From Octopus vulgaris (lineage: Eukaryota), in assembly GCA_951406725.2 (NCBI GenBank), contig OX597829.1, positions 5,766,001 to 5,830,000 on the forward strand: a DNA stretch of 64,000 bases, given 5' to 3'. The translations under genes were made by a program, and so were the position numbers. Under the pieces are notes generated by a model, which had not been told where the DNA came from, did no database searches, and saw only the letters and a program-made list of their open reading frames with translations. Shown here in pieces: positions 16,157-30,720 of this stretch. Each line of letters starts with the position of its first letter. The first letter of the stretch is position 1.

Positions 16157-17289
16157 GCATGAACATATACTAACACTTTAATTTTCTTTTCCTCTTTGGA
16201 ATATTTTATGCGAAAGAATCTTTTTCATTATATTTGTCCAGTCGCTATATCACCCATCTTAAAATGACTAGGATGCTAACAACACCGGCTTTCAGAATAT
16301 CAGTGCCGTTTCAACTGCTTTACGGGTTGAAAGACCCAGAGGTCACACAAAGTCATAGAAATTACAAGGACACACTACTCAAATTATGCTATTCCAGCTA
16401 AAATAAAGAGATACAACATTACCCAGAGTTTCATGATTTTAGTGAAGTTGAGTATGGTTAAAAGTAATCAGACAATACATTTCAACAAATATAAAGAAAT
16501 ATATACAAAATGGGTTCTAATAGCGGAAGGACAAGCCTCTGGGGTAGTTTCCCGCAAGGAACTTAGATTCCCCATATACTGCGTGGTATCAATTTCGAGT
16601 AGAAAACAATTTTTCGATGAGCAAGCATTAAGATCGGATAAAAAAAAACAAACAAAAAAACAATCGATTCCAAAATATGGTGTGTGATATTCAAGCGGAA
16701 GCACAAATATTTATCACTATATGTCTATATGCGAGTGCTTGCACGTGTCTATCCATCTGTCGGTCTGTCTGTCTGTCCATTTTTCGATCTATCTATCTTT
16801 CTATCTCTCTCCGCGTCTCTCACTATATGTATATGTATGTACATGTATATAAATATATATATATATGTATGTATTTATGTGTATTTATATATGCGTGTAT
16901 ATACACAGACATACACGCACACACATGCTCGCACACATTTTTGTATTATGTCATCCACCAGTGCTTAACAAATAATAAGCACTGTATGTATGTAATGTAT
17001 GTATGTAGATAAATTCATAGGTGTACGTAATTGGAAGAGGTAAATCCGTACTACATATGTTTCCAAGATGTTCTAAACTGAACATGATTTACGTTATTCA
17101 GGTGTAATATATATTCAGTTTAGCTTTTCCTTAGGTGACGTGCTGGTTGTAAGTTATTGTCGCGTGGGGAAAAGCTAAGCTAAATATAATTTACACCTTT
17201 GAGAAGCGTAAAGTATATTCACATTGACTTGTACAGATAACGCTACATATATGACTATATAGATATCTTTATATCTATATGTGTATGTA

Positions 17290-17435
<146 letters not shown>

Positions 17436-17508
17436 AATGTATATACATATGCATATATCTATATAGATATACATATATATATAAATACATATATATATAC
17501 ATACATAT

Positions 17509-17540
<32 letters not shown>

Positions 17541-18419
17541 GAACAGAGAGAGAGAGAGGGACAAATAAATAGAGAATGGTTGAAAGAAGGAGAGAGAAGA
17601 GAGATGTATTTGAAAGGAATGAGAAGTGAGATATATACATATATACATACATATATCTATGTATGTATATATATATGTATATACATATGTATATATATAT
17701 ATATATATATATATGCATGTAAATATACATACATGTATATACATATCCATATATATATACATACATTTACACACATATGTATATACATATATATATATAT
17801 ATACATACATTTACACACATATGTATATACATATATATACATACATATACATATAGAGAGGTGATGTATTTGTGTGTGCTATATATTTCCTTCCTTATAT
17901 TTATCTTACCATCCATCACATTATACACACACATGCACACATACACGCACAAGCACATACATACACACACATATACATTTACACTCATACACGACGACAT
18001 TGGGGCTTTTAAAGCAGAGCTATGTATCGAAAATAAATTTTAAGGAATTAACTCTATATCTGTAATGTTTAACCGCCATTTCTTCAGTGAATCAAAACTT
18101 TCTTACATATTCGTACAAAGACACACACATATGTCAATGAGTGTATGTATATATGTGAGTGTCTGAGGTTAAATGAATTTTTGAATTTATTTCTAATAGA
18201 TATCATCAGCATGTATACTGAATGTGTATAATATATGAATATATAATTGTGAGCATATATGAATGTATATTTTAACACGTTGGGATGTGTAGGAATGTTG
18301 GCTCAATTCGTCAATATATACAGCTTATTTCCAAATATGTATTGATTCCTAAGTTTATTAATGTACTGGAGTACATATGATATACATTCACGTAAAAATA
18401 CTGACATATATCGACATAT

Positions 18420-18680
18420 AGCAACAGGCGAATGGGCTGTCTGGTACTACTACAGCTGTTTCATAAAGAGTACTTATTGTAATGTAAACACATCGGCTTA
18501 CCATAATCGAAAAGTAACATGTTCATTAATCAACAGATCTATAAGTGAAATTCCGTAAGCCTGATGAATTGAGGTTGCGTGATGTATCACATAATCGTAT
18601 TGATATTGTGCGTACCCGACCGCACCACATTCACGTATTAATAATGAAACAATAGTAGTAGTACCAGGCACCTCGTTGGT
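18420..18680. repeat. Degenerate inverted repeat with hammerhead halves
   Basis: Minus-strand GAAACAGCTGTA at 18451-18462; plus-strand CTGATGA 18561-67 ... GAAAC 18646-50; flanks ctggtactactac and gtagtagtaccag are complementary. Confidence 0.6.
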
Positions 18681-18936
18681 CTGTTTTTATGTTATGAAGC
18701 TATGCTTAATTTTCCATTCAACTTTGGATACTGTTGCAGTTAGGGATTTCCGAATAAGGGTGAAGATACTTACGTCAATGCAGTGATATGATAATGAATT
18801 ACTTAAGTTTGGGATTTGAATCATTTTATCAAGCAAATAATTGTGGCGTTTTAACTTTCATATGATTCGATCCATTATGGATACCCTTTAAACAAATCTC
18901 TATATCTATTTGTTTATCTATCTATCTGTTTGTGTC

Positions 18937-19008
<72 letters not shown>

Positions 19009-19095
19009 ATATATATATAAATTGATAAATAAATAAAACATATGCATATATACATACATATATGTACGTAGCTACCTCTACATGTATATATATAT

Positions 19096-19152
<57 letters not shown>

Positions 19153-19339
19153 CATATGTATATATATAACTATATATAAACAAATACGGGTATATGAAAT
19201 ATCATACAAGGTAAATTGTGGATTGATTAAAATTATCTGCGATCTCGAGAATATGCGATAATAACAAAGTAGCAATTAAGCCCATCTCCAGATGAGGAGT
19301 GTGTACATATGTCCGTGTGTGTGTGGGTGTGTGTATGTA

Positions 19340-19545
19340 CACTCACCTCTGTTATTTGTTTCAGTCATTAGATCCTGGCCTTGCTGGAGCACTGCCTTAA
19401 AGTGTCGAGAAAATCGATCCCGGTACGTGTTCTTCGTAAATACAGTACTTATTCGGTTAGTTTTGCCGAGCCGCTAAGGCACGGCGCCGTAAACACACCA
19501 ACATCGGTTGTCAAGTGATAGAAGAGAGACAAACACAGACACAAA
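19340..19545 (-). mobile_element. SINE family A, 3' half
   Basis: tgtttcagtcat...gctggagcactgcctt...ttttgccgagccgctaag...taaacacaccaacatcggttgtcaag. Confidence 0.8.
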
Positions 19546-19659
19546 CACACACACACACATATATAATTAAGATTCAGTTGACTTAGGTACTTAAAATGAG
19601 ACATCAAACCAGTTAGGGTATAATCCGTGCAGCTTGAAGTTAGGTTAACAAAATGCAAA

Positions 19660-20030
19660 TAAGTAGCAAGGATGTCCAGGTGTCAATGTATTACGGCCGT
19701 TTCAAGCGGCTCCATTTAATCTATCAATGAAACCATTGCATCAATTTGAGAGATCCCGCTCTCCTCAAACTATAGTAGGCTTAAATAGATATGTATTATC
19801 CTCTGAATTCATTCTGCCTCAAATATGCCACATATAAAGAAACATTGTACTGATATAAATTTGCTATAAATGCTAAAAATGGTTTATCCTTTATCTTGGA
19901 AATCTATGTGATCATCTGCGTCTGAAGAGAGCAGTTTCTTTCAAATTGATGTAATGTTTTCATTGATCGATCAAATGCAACCGCTTGAAACGGCCGTAAT
20001 GCATTGATACCTGGACATCCTTGTTACTTA
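19660..20030. repeat. Inverted repeat (arms ~110 bp, spacer ~150 bp) carrying hammerhead motifs
   Basis: 19660-19770 is an imperfect reverse complement of 19920-20030. Confidence 0.85.
19917..20003 (+). ncRNA. Type I hammerhead ribozyme with enlarged stem II
   Basis: Stem I TGCGT/ATGCA; CTGAAGA 19922-28; stem II base GAGC/GCTT; GAAA 19987-90; palindrome ACGGCCGT; GUA triplet ending at 19998. Confidence 0.8.
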
Positions 20031-20336
20031 CATATATACCATGTGGTTGGGAAGTAAGCGTCTTACTGCACAGTCACGCCTGCTTGTGTATATTAATTTA
20101 AATGCATGTGTGTGTTATGTAAACCTATACTGATACACTCTTGCATGTGTGTATGTGAATATAAATATATATATATATATATTATATATGTATATATATA
20201 AATACATACATATGTATATAAGCATATATTTACACATATATATATATATTTATATGTATATATATACATATATGTACATATAAAATTATATATATGTTTT
20301 TATATGTATATATATATATGTATATATATGTATATA

Positions 20337-20385
<49 letters not shown>

Positions 20386-20445
20386 TATATCAAATATATA
20401 TATAAATTATGGTACATGATATATATATATATATATATGTATCTC

Positions 20446-20497
<52 letters not shown>

Positions 20498-20709
20498 TAA
20501 AAATTAGAGATAAAACCACTATTATGCCATTCGAACAATAAATTGGTTGAATTGCATAATAGTGGTTTTATCTCTAATATATATTTTATATATTTATGTT
20601 GTGAAATTTGATTTAATACTAAATTTAAGTTTTCCCTGGAAGCTTGGAGTTATACTCCCTAATATTATTATCATATATATATATATATTCATACGTGAGA
20701 TCTCCTTTT

Positions 20710-20817
<108 letters not shown>

Positions 20818-21295
20818 CATGTACCATATATATATATAAGATAAAGGTAAAAATTATGTAGATTGCCATACAATGTTCGTCCACATTTATTGCCTATTCG
20901 ATGGCATCATGGAGTGGAAATGCCTCTGTTGACGGATATACATCATGAATTCCCTCATTTCCGTAGAGTTTATATAAATGAACACTTTGGATAGGGTTTA
21001 TGTATTTATATAATAAATGGATAAAATAATTTAACCCCTCGATCGAACATTCTTAATTTAAAATCATTAACTTCGACAATAATTTACAGCCATATTACGT
21101 TGGTGAGCTACTGTGTCATTATTATCTTGCATCCATTGTGTAAAAAGCGTCTCCTCCTGGTGTCATTTTCGCATTTCCTCATTACACCTTGGACGGGTGA
21201 TGAGGATATCACATCTCAGCAGTGTATTACGGGTCTCAAAATATGTCGAAACACTTTTAGTGATATGAATATAGAACGTCGTTTATTACATTTTG

Positions 21296-21327
<32 letters not shown>

Positions 21328-21576
21328 CATTATATAAAAGGGCTTAGTAAAATAAATTACTTTGCCGCATACTGAACTCATTAGAAATAGCAGCTAAAAA
21401 ACTTTTTTAAAGCTATTTCTAAAACTTAAAGAAAATCTCTCTCATATATAGTGTTTGCTTAATTCAACTCACAACTCATAAATGTAATAATTTGAATTCG
21501 CCTTAAATGGTCTCTTTGCATACTGAACACTTGGTGAAATTGATTAATAATTAATTAATTTTACCCTCAATTGTTG

Positions 21577-21637
<61 letters not shown>

Positions 21638-21891
21638 CACATACACGTATATATGTGTGTGTTTATTCCCGTGTATATACACATACATACGTATGTATGT
21701 ATGTATGTATGTTTGTATGTATGTATGTGCATATCTATTTTCTTCAATTAAAGTGAAATTTTCATTTCAAATTAAAGATTCAGTCCTACGTGCATACATG
21801 GGCATATACACATATATACACGCATATCTATATACGTACATATATTCATTGAGATCTCTTTCTTTCTTTTGTTATCTTGCCGTTTTTATCA

Positions 21892-21923
<32 letters not shown>

Positions 21924-21959
21924 GTCCTGCTATTATTTTCATTGTATTTATATTTGTGT

Positions 21960-22221
21960 AACATTGTCTGTTTTTTCTGTCTTTGTTTTTTGTATACATT
22001 CGCTGCTTTCTTCAAAGGAATCTAACGCTCTTAACTTAGTTTTTCCTTGGGACTGGCCAGATTGGAGCAATCTCAAGAATAATCAGCCGAAATTGCGATG
22101 ATTATCTGATGCTTGACTGAGGAAAGAAAAATGACCCGTCCTTGTTTTCTTTGTATCGTCTATCTGGATGTTTTGTTGTCCCTTTTTGTATCACCTAGTT
22201 GTCCGGATGTTTTGCGTTCTT
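21960..22221 (+). repeat. Interspersed repeat family (also 27950-28095 on -, 39845-39960 on +, fragment 41640-41690 on -)
   Basis: Shared gccgaaattgcga.gat.atc.g...cttgactga and tg.c.cgtcc...tttgtatcgtct...atgttttgcgttctt blocks. Confidence 0.75.
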
Positions 22222-22228
22222 ACCCCAC

Positions 22229-22625
22229 GAGTGGCTGTGTGGTAAGTAGCTTGCTAACCAACCACATGGTTGCGGGTTCAGTCCCACTGCGTGGAATCTT
22301 GGGCAAGTGTCTTCTGCTATAGCCCCGGGCCGACTAATGCCTTGTGAGTGGATTTGGTAGACGGAAACTGAAAAAGCCTGTCGTATATATGTATATATAT
22401 ACATGTGTGTGTGTGTTTGTGTGTCTGTGTATGTCCCCCTAGCATTGTTTGACAACCGATGCTGGTGTGTTTATGTCCCCGTTACCTAGCGGTTCGGCAA
22501 AAGAGACCGATAGAATAAGTACTGGGCTTACAAAAGAATAAGTCCCGGGGTCGAGCTGCTCGATTAAAGGCGGTGCTCCAGCATGGCCGCAGTCATATGA
22601 CTGAAACAAGTAAAAGAGTAAAAGA

Positions 22626-22626
<1 letters not shown>
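22229..22626 (+). mobile_element. tRNA-derived SINE family A, near full length (resembles described octopus SINEs)
   Basis: A-box-like TGGCTGTGTGG and B-box-like GGTTCAGTCCC; body with internal microsatellite; 3' (GTAAAAGA)n tail; more than 10 homologous copies or fragments in the window. Confidence 0.92.
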
Positions 22627-22676
<50 letters not shown>

Positions 22677-22858
22677 AGTAGGTGAATGAATTATCCTAGC
22701 ATGGAAAATTCGATTAACCGATACCTAGGTAGCAAATTCACGTCAGAAAACACGGTTGAAGCGACCTGTCAAGGGCAGAAACTCCGGGTTCTTGTGTGGA
22801 AATTTGTGTGTTTTTTATACATGAAAAAATGGAGTCGAACGAAGATTTTAACAAAATT

Positions 22859-22953
22859 CCTTTACTCTCGACACATGTTTCGAAGACGGCATACTTTTAA
22901 TTCCGAAGGAATAAAAGGTGCATTATGCCATCTTCTCATCAGGAAAGATAAGG
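22859..22953 (-). ncRNA. Type I hammerhead ribozyme (left-arm mirror copy)
   Basis: Reverse complement of the 23080-23174 motif; core tcatcag at 22936-42 and gacacatgtttc at 22870-81. Confidence 0.85.
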
Positions 22954-23079
22954 AGCCTCTTTCAGCCACAAGAAAAACAAAAGTTTTTGATGATTGCCTA
23001 CATGGTGACCACAGTGATAAGTGGTCACCATGTAGGCAATCATCAAAAACTTTTGTTCGTCTTGTGGCTGAAAGAGGGT

Positions 23080-23174
23080 CCTTATCTTTCCTGATGAGAA
23101 GATGGCATAATGCACCCTTTATTCCTTCGGAATTAAAAGTATGCCGTCTTCGAAACATGTGTCGAGAGTAAAGG
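23080..23174 (+). ncRNA. Type I hammerhead ribozyme (right arm)
   Basis: CTGATGA 23091-97; 12 bp stem II GAAGATGGCATA/TATGCCGTCTTC; GAAA 23152-55; self-complementary ACATGTGT; GUC ending at 23163; stem I CTTTC/GAGAG. Confidence 0.88.
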
Positions 23175-23214
23175 AATTTTGTCAAAATTTTCGTTCGACT
23201 CCATTCTTTCATTT

Positions 23215-23255
<41 letters not shown>

Positions 23256-24014
23256 CCATGCCTTGTATTTTAGTGTGTTTGTTCTTGTTTTTTTTTTCTA
23301 TTTACTTTATATATGTATACCTATGAGACAGGATACTTTTAGCTTCTGTCATTAAACAAATCAGACTTTTCACAACGTAATATTACATGAAAATGCGCGC
23401 TTGTGTATGTGTATGTGTGTGTGTCTGTGTCTGTGTGTGTGACCACAAATATTTCCTTAAATATATGTAAGTACATACATATACACGTGTATATATATAT
23501 TTTTATACATATATATATATATATACACATATATGCATATATACGGATATGTATATATATATACACACATATATATATGTATACATACACACATATATGT
23601 ATGTATATGTACACACATGCGCACACATATATATGCAGTAATATGTGCATCTGTAATTACGTAAATCATGCTTGATAATAATGTATTTACTTCGAATAAC
23701 TCGTGTATGTTTCTCGAAACGCAAGAATGAAGAATGACTTAACATCCAAGTGTTTCTTAAAAATTTGTCCTTATATTTTAAATGCAATTTCAACATTTCA
23801 AATTAAAGATACAATCATAGATACAATCATACGTGCATACATTGACATATACACATATATACACGCATACCTACGTACGTATATATATTCAGTCATATTT
23901 AGATGAGATATATATTTTTATATATTACATAAATATATACCTATATATGCAAGTATATTTATGTATATAAACAGATACTCACACACACACACACACATAT
24001 ATATATTATACTAT

Positions 24015-24346
24015 TACTCTTTTACTCTTTTACCCGGGACTTATTCTTTTGTAAGCCCAGTACTTATTCTATCGGTCTCTTTTGCCGAACCGCTAAGTAA
24101 CAGGGACATAAACACACCAGCATCGGTTAGGGACAAACACACTCACACAAACACACACACGCATATATATATATACATATATACGACGGGCATCTTTCAG
24201 TTTCCGTCTACCAAATCCACTCACAAGGCTTTGGTCGGCCCTAGGCTATAGTAGAAGACACCTGCCCAAGGTTCCACGCAGTGGGACTGAACCCGGAACC
24301 ATGTGGTTGGTTAGCAAGCTACTTACCACACAGCCACTCCTGCGCC
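24015..24346 (-). mobile_element. SINE family A, internally deleted copy
   Basis: Reverse complement of the family A head and body; ends ...cagccactcctgcgcc. Confidence 0.9.
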
Positions 24347-24367
24347 TATTATATATATACATATATA

Positions 24368-24401
<34 letters not shown>

Positions 24402-24791
24402 CTGGCAATTATAGGAATGAACAAATTACATGCATTAGATAAATTAAAGATAATAGTTTGGCTATGAAATCTAAAAAAAAAAGAATATATATATATGTAT
24501 AAAGGCAAAACGAGAGAAAGCTAATGGCGGAAACTCTCAGACGATGAATTTTTAAGTATATCTAGTGAGATATTTATATTAATAGGCCCGACTTACACCA
24601 CAGAGTACAAACGACACACAAAATTAAAGGGGCGAAAGAAAGGCGCTATAAGTCCAACAGCTGTTTTATAGGGGCTCGGAGGTCCCTAATAATATTGGTA
24701 GGCGTAGTTCATTCATCACATTATGCGGCCGTAATGGATACAGTCAACATTGGATAACACAAACCTCCGTCATCAGGGTAGAGATGAAAAA

Positions 24792-24843
<52 letters not shown>

Positions 24844-24860
24844 ATACATACATACATACA

Positions 24861-24949
<89 letters not shown>

Positions 24950-24953
24950 GTAT

Positions 24954-25008
<55 letters not shown>

Positions 25009-25011
25009 CAT

Positions 25012-25280
25012 TCTTTTATACTTTTACTTATTTCGATCATTTGACTGCGGCCACGCTGGGGCACCGCCTTTAGTCGAGCAAATCGATCCCAGGGTTTATT
25101 TTTTTGCAAGTCTAGTACTTATTCTATAGGTCTATTTTGCCGAACCGCTGAATTACGGGGGCGTAAACACACCAGCATCGGTTGTGAAGCGATGTTGAGG
25201 CGGAGAAACACAGTCACACAAACATACACACACGCGCATATATATATTCATATATATGTATATATATATATATATATATA

Positions 25281-25331
<51 letters not shown>

Positions 25332-25482
25332 GACGGGCTTCTTTCAGTTTCCGTCAACCAAATCCACTCACTAGGTTTTGGTTGGCCTGTGGCTATAGTA
25401 GAAGACACTTGCCCAAGGTACCACGCAGGTGGACTCAAACCGAAATCATGTTTATTAAGTAAGCTACTTATCACACAGCCAC
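25012..25482 (-). mobile_element. SINE family A, near full length
   Basis: Reverse-complement homology to 22229-22626 with an expanded internal microsatellite. Confidence 0.88.
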
Positions 25483-25806
25483 GTGTGTGTATGTACATTA
25501 TATTCATATAATATATATATATATATTACAATAATTTATCTATCTATTTTTCCGTAAATACATGTTCCTATATGTGCTTTCAGTGTTTGCGTTCGCATGT
25601 ATGTATGTGTGTGGCCGTTTTTGAGTGTCCATCGTATGACACCCGAATCGAGCAAATGAATCCCGTACAAGGAGTTATCCAGTATGGTCGCTGTCCAATG
25701 ACGGAGACAAGTAAAGAATAAAAAGATAAATAGAAAAACAAACATTTTCATGCGCACACACGCGCATATATGTTGCTGCATAAATGCGCTATGTGTGTGT
25801 GTGTGT

Positions 25807-25840
<34 letters not shown>

Positions 25841-26180
25841 TATCTAAATATGTACTTAGTCATTGCTCATTTAGTTTGTATTTTACGCAATGCAATATAT
25901 TTTTATGTATCCTGTACAAATGTATATGATGTTTAACAGATTATATACACACATACATCTTATATGCATGCACACACACACATACACACACACACACACA
26001 CACACATATACAGAGGCGGAGGAAGAAAGAGAGAGAACACACGCTCACACATACACTCGTACACATGTACCTATATATACACAAACAAGCACAGAAGTCC
26101 ATGTATGTCTGTTTAAATATTTATGCATATATATGTGTGTGTATGTGTGTGTACTTGAACACACACACACACACACACAT

Positions 26181-26234
<54 letters not shown>

Positions 26235-26284
26235 AATAATATAAAAGTATATGCATGTATACATTCATGCATATTTATACATGC

Positions 26285-26610
26285 CTACATATATATGTAT
26301 ATATACGTGCATATAAGGGTACAGGGCATTAAAAAAACGTGAACAAAATGAGAAACGAGAGCATAAAAAAACATGGAAAATGAACTTTTTTTCTAACAGC
26401 GAAACGAGGCAGGCAACATAAAGAACATTCCCTTCATCAGTTGTCCCCTGTTTTATCTACTCCGCGTTTCGAAGGTAGAGACAAAAGTTCATTTTCTATG
26501 TTTTTTTTTATGTTCTCGTATCTCATTTTATTCACGTTTTTTTTTCTGTCCTGTACCCATAAATGCATGTATATATACATATATATCTCGGTATGTACAT
26601 ATATGTATGT
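26285..26610. repeat. Inverted repeat of a dispersed family (related pieces at 19010-19090, 37010-37110, 47745-47900)
   Basis: gggtacaggg...aaaacgtgaacaaaatgaga...gaaaatgaacttt pairs with aaagttcattttc...tctcattttattcacgtttt...tcctgtaccc. The spacer holds minus-strand CTGATGA and GAAAC. Confidence 0.75.
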
Positions 26611-26692
26611 ATATATGCATACACTTATTTATTATTTATATTATTATATGATCGCACGCCACGCATCCATTTCCAAATGAGTTTTGTATATG

Positions 26693-26736
<44 letters not shown>

Positions 26737-27006
26737 TGTATATGCAGATGTATACGACACACATAATTGCATTTTTTTTAACCTTATATAGAAATCTTTT
26801 ACATTCAAATGTATGATCGCTTTCATGGGATATTTTTCTCTGCTATCTACCTAATACTATATTTCTCAAGTTTGATTAATGACTTCTGAACCATATCCAT
26901 ATTTCGAAATCACTTCCTCCTGATATAAATAAAATCTTGGCACTGGTGCTTTGTAATATGCACTAAGACGTAAATTTTGATATTCATAAAATATTTCACT
27001 GCGTTG

Positions 27007-27282
<276 letters not shown>

Positions 27283-27350
27283 TATATGTATATGTATGCA
27301 TATGTATATACACATACACACATACATATAGAAAGATAGATATATGATAG

Positions 27351-27385
<35 letters not shown>

Positions 27386-27824
27386 GAGGGAGAGAGAGAT
27401 AAATATCTATATGTATATTATATGTATATATATTCAGTGAGGAGAATGGAGTAAAAGTGAATTTGAATATTTGCTAATTCCGTTCTTTACCTATTGTATT
27501 ATATATAAGAATTTTAAGGATATTTAGATTTGTGTATATATATATATATATATAAAACTTGAAGACGTAGGGATATTAAATCTGGGGCAGGTATGATACA
27601 ATTTCCCTAGTATAGTCTATGTTGTGGCTAACCACATCGAATGGCATGAAACAACAGGGAATTGCTGAAGGCAAACAATCACACTTTGTTTCAGCCCAGG
27701 ATGAAGCAGAAACAGGTGTCGAACAGATATTTAAAATGAATGTATTTATATATTGTTGTAACAAACAAGCTTTGATGTTGTATAATACTCGATTCTTATT
27801 ATTACTGTCTTGCGTATATATGTG

Positions 27825-27897
<73 letters not shown>

Positions 27898-28113
27898 TAT
27901 GTATAAGAATAAGGTGTACGTACGCCGCAATAATATTTATATATATATACAAAATGGGACAAGAACGCAAAACATTCGAATGACCCGTCCGTTTTTTGTA
28001 TCGTCTATTTGTAGACGATACAAAAAAACGGACGGGTCATTCGAAGCCTCTAATCTTCAGTCAAGAACCGGATCATCCTCGCAATTTCGGCTGATATATA
28101 TATATATATATAT

Positions 28114-28157
<44 letters not shown>

Positions 28158-28239
28158 ATATACAGATAGATAACTTTTTATTGTGGCCACACAGGGCTAA
28201 ACACAGAATAAAAATGGACGAAATACAATGTAGAGATAG

Positions 28240-28324
<85 letters not shown>

Positions 28325-28871
28325 CGATGGGCTTCCTATAATTTCTGTTAGTCAAATTTGCTCACAAAAGTTTGGTCGAATGAGGCACATTCCTCCCGTT
28401 CTTCTGAGCTCGGAACCACATAGTAAGGAAACATATTGCCACATGTTTTCCGTCTATCAAATTCCCTGATCAGTACATGGTTGACCCGTAGTAAAAGAAC
28501 ATTGCTCTAGATTTTATGCAGTGTATGTGAACCCAAAGCTACGTGGTTGCAAAACTAGCTCCCTTAACCAAACGGCCTAATGTTTTCTGGTTGTTTAGGG
28601 CTTTTCTATGTTGTAAGAGTTTCGAGTGAATGGAGTAAAGGATGTCTTGTTCCAACTAAATAATGACAATTAATAAGAAAGAAAAAAAATGAAAAATAGG
28701 TAATACTACAAGTCAACGCATCAAGTCTTTGTATGCATGTGTATATGCGTGTTATATATAATATTAATGCATGCATATCTTACACGCACACACACACACG
28801 CACACACATACACACACACACATATATCAACGGCAAGCAAGTACGTATATAAGTTGCCTACATGCTATACG

Positions 28872-28903
<32 letters not shown>

Positions 28904-28919
28904 TTCATATATATATGTT

Positions 28920-28963
<44 letters not shown>

Positions 28964-29115
28964 GGTCCCGGGTTGAGTCGGGGTTAACCACAGTAAATAA
29001 GGTACTCAATACATAGCAGAGTAAATTAATTTATTTTATAGAAGGAACTTCTACAGAACTAGAACTGTTTCATTCAAATGAAAGAAACAGTTCTAGTCCA
29101 GTAGAAGCTCCTTCT

Positions 29116-29234
<119 letters not shown>

Positions 29235-29499
29235 TATATATATATACACATATACATATATATATATGCCCGTTCAACAAGGAGGATGCCGCGGTTAGCA
29301 CGGAATTCGCGGCCCGGGTGTATCCACTACACCTTCAATATGTATGTAGACGCGCACACACACATATATATACACACAAATACACGCTCTACGCACATAC
29401 ATACATACATACATACATACATAAAGATGTATACGTGGAGTGAGTTCAGTTACTTGATTTTATCGCTTTCCACAATCCAATGATTGACTCCAGTGAAAG

Positions 29500-29554
29500 A
29501 TATGTATGTATGTTTGTTTGTATGTATGTATGTATGTATGTATGTATGTATGTT

Positions 29555-29586
<32 letters not shown>

Positions 29587-29604
29587 TGTATGTATGTATG
29601 TATG

Positions 29605-29636
<32 letters not shown>

Positions 29637-29716
29637 TGTATGTATGTATGTTTGTTTGTATGTATGTATGTATGTATGTATGTATGTATGTATGTATGTA
29701 TGTATGTATGTATGTA

Positions 29717-29747
<31 letters not shown>

Positions 29748-29922
29748 ATGTATGCATGTATGCATGTATGTATGTATGTTTGTATGTGTGTATGTATGTA
29801 TGTATGTATGTTTGTATGTTTGTATGTATGTATGTATGTATGTATGCATGTATGTATGTATGCGTGTATGTTTGTATGTATGTATGTTTGTATGCATATA
29901 TGTATGTATGTTTGTATGTTTG

Positions 29923-29956
<34 letters not shown>

Positions 29957-30135
29957 TGCGTGTATGTATGTATGTTTGTATGTTTGTATGTATGTATGTA
30001 TGTATGCATGTATGTATGTATGTTTGTATGTATGCATGTATGTATATATGTATGCATGTATGTATGTATGTATGTATGTATGCGAGTATGTATATATGTG
30101 TGAGTGTGTATGTATGTATGTATGTATGTGTATGT
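29500..30135. repeat. (TATG)n microsatellite with TTTG/CATG variants
   Basis: Visible tandem repeat; source of the long MYVC and HTYI ORFs. Confidence 0.98.
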
Positions 30136-30193
30136 TTGTTCGTATATGTGTGCGCGCGTGTACATACATATAATATAAATGTAATATACAAAT

Positions 30194-30233
<40 letters not shown>

Positions 30234-30263
30234 GATTATAATTATGCACATATATATTTATGC

Positions 30264-30299
<36 letters not shown>

Positions 30300-30541
30300 A
30301 TATATGTATATATATAGATATGTATATGTGTATATAAATATATATATACACACAAACGTATATATATATACATATATACATATGTGTATAGATATGTACA
30401 TATATATATATATATACATGTATATTTTTTTATATACGCTCTACACTTATATTTATGCCCCCTATCACTCTCTATATTTGTATATATAAAAATGAACTGC
30501 TGACATACGACAAACGGACGATAGATAGATAGGTAGATAGA

Positions 30542-30614
<73 letters not shown>

Positions 30615-30648
30615 CTAGATAGATAGATAGCTAGATAGATAGACAGAC

Positions 30649-30720
<72 letters not shown>

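Larger units (their letters stand above)
22821..23220. repeat. Near-perfect 400 bp palindrome (arms ~190 bp, 8 nt loop at 23013-23020)
   Basis: Arms are reverse complements with about 6 substitutions counted by eye. Explains the mirrored ORFs 22686..23171 and 22862..23212. Confidence 0.97.

Noticed and set aside
22229-22300. tRNA-like sequences with A and B boxes (also at about 32060-32130 and 62170-62258)
   Set aside because: They are SINE heads with no complete cloverleaf.
22686-23212. Two overlapping antisense ORFs with near-identical peptides
   Set aside because: Artefact of the DNA palindrome; no recognisable protein domain.
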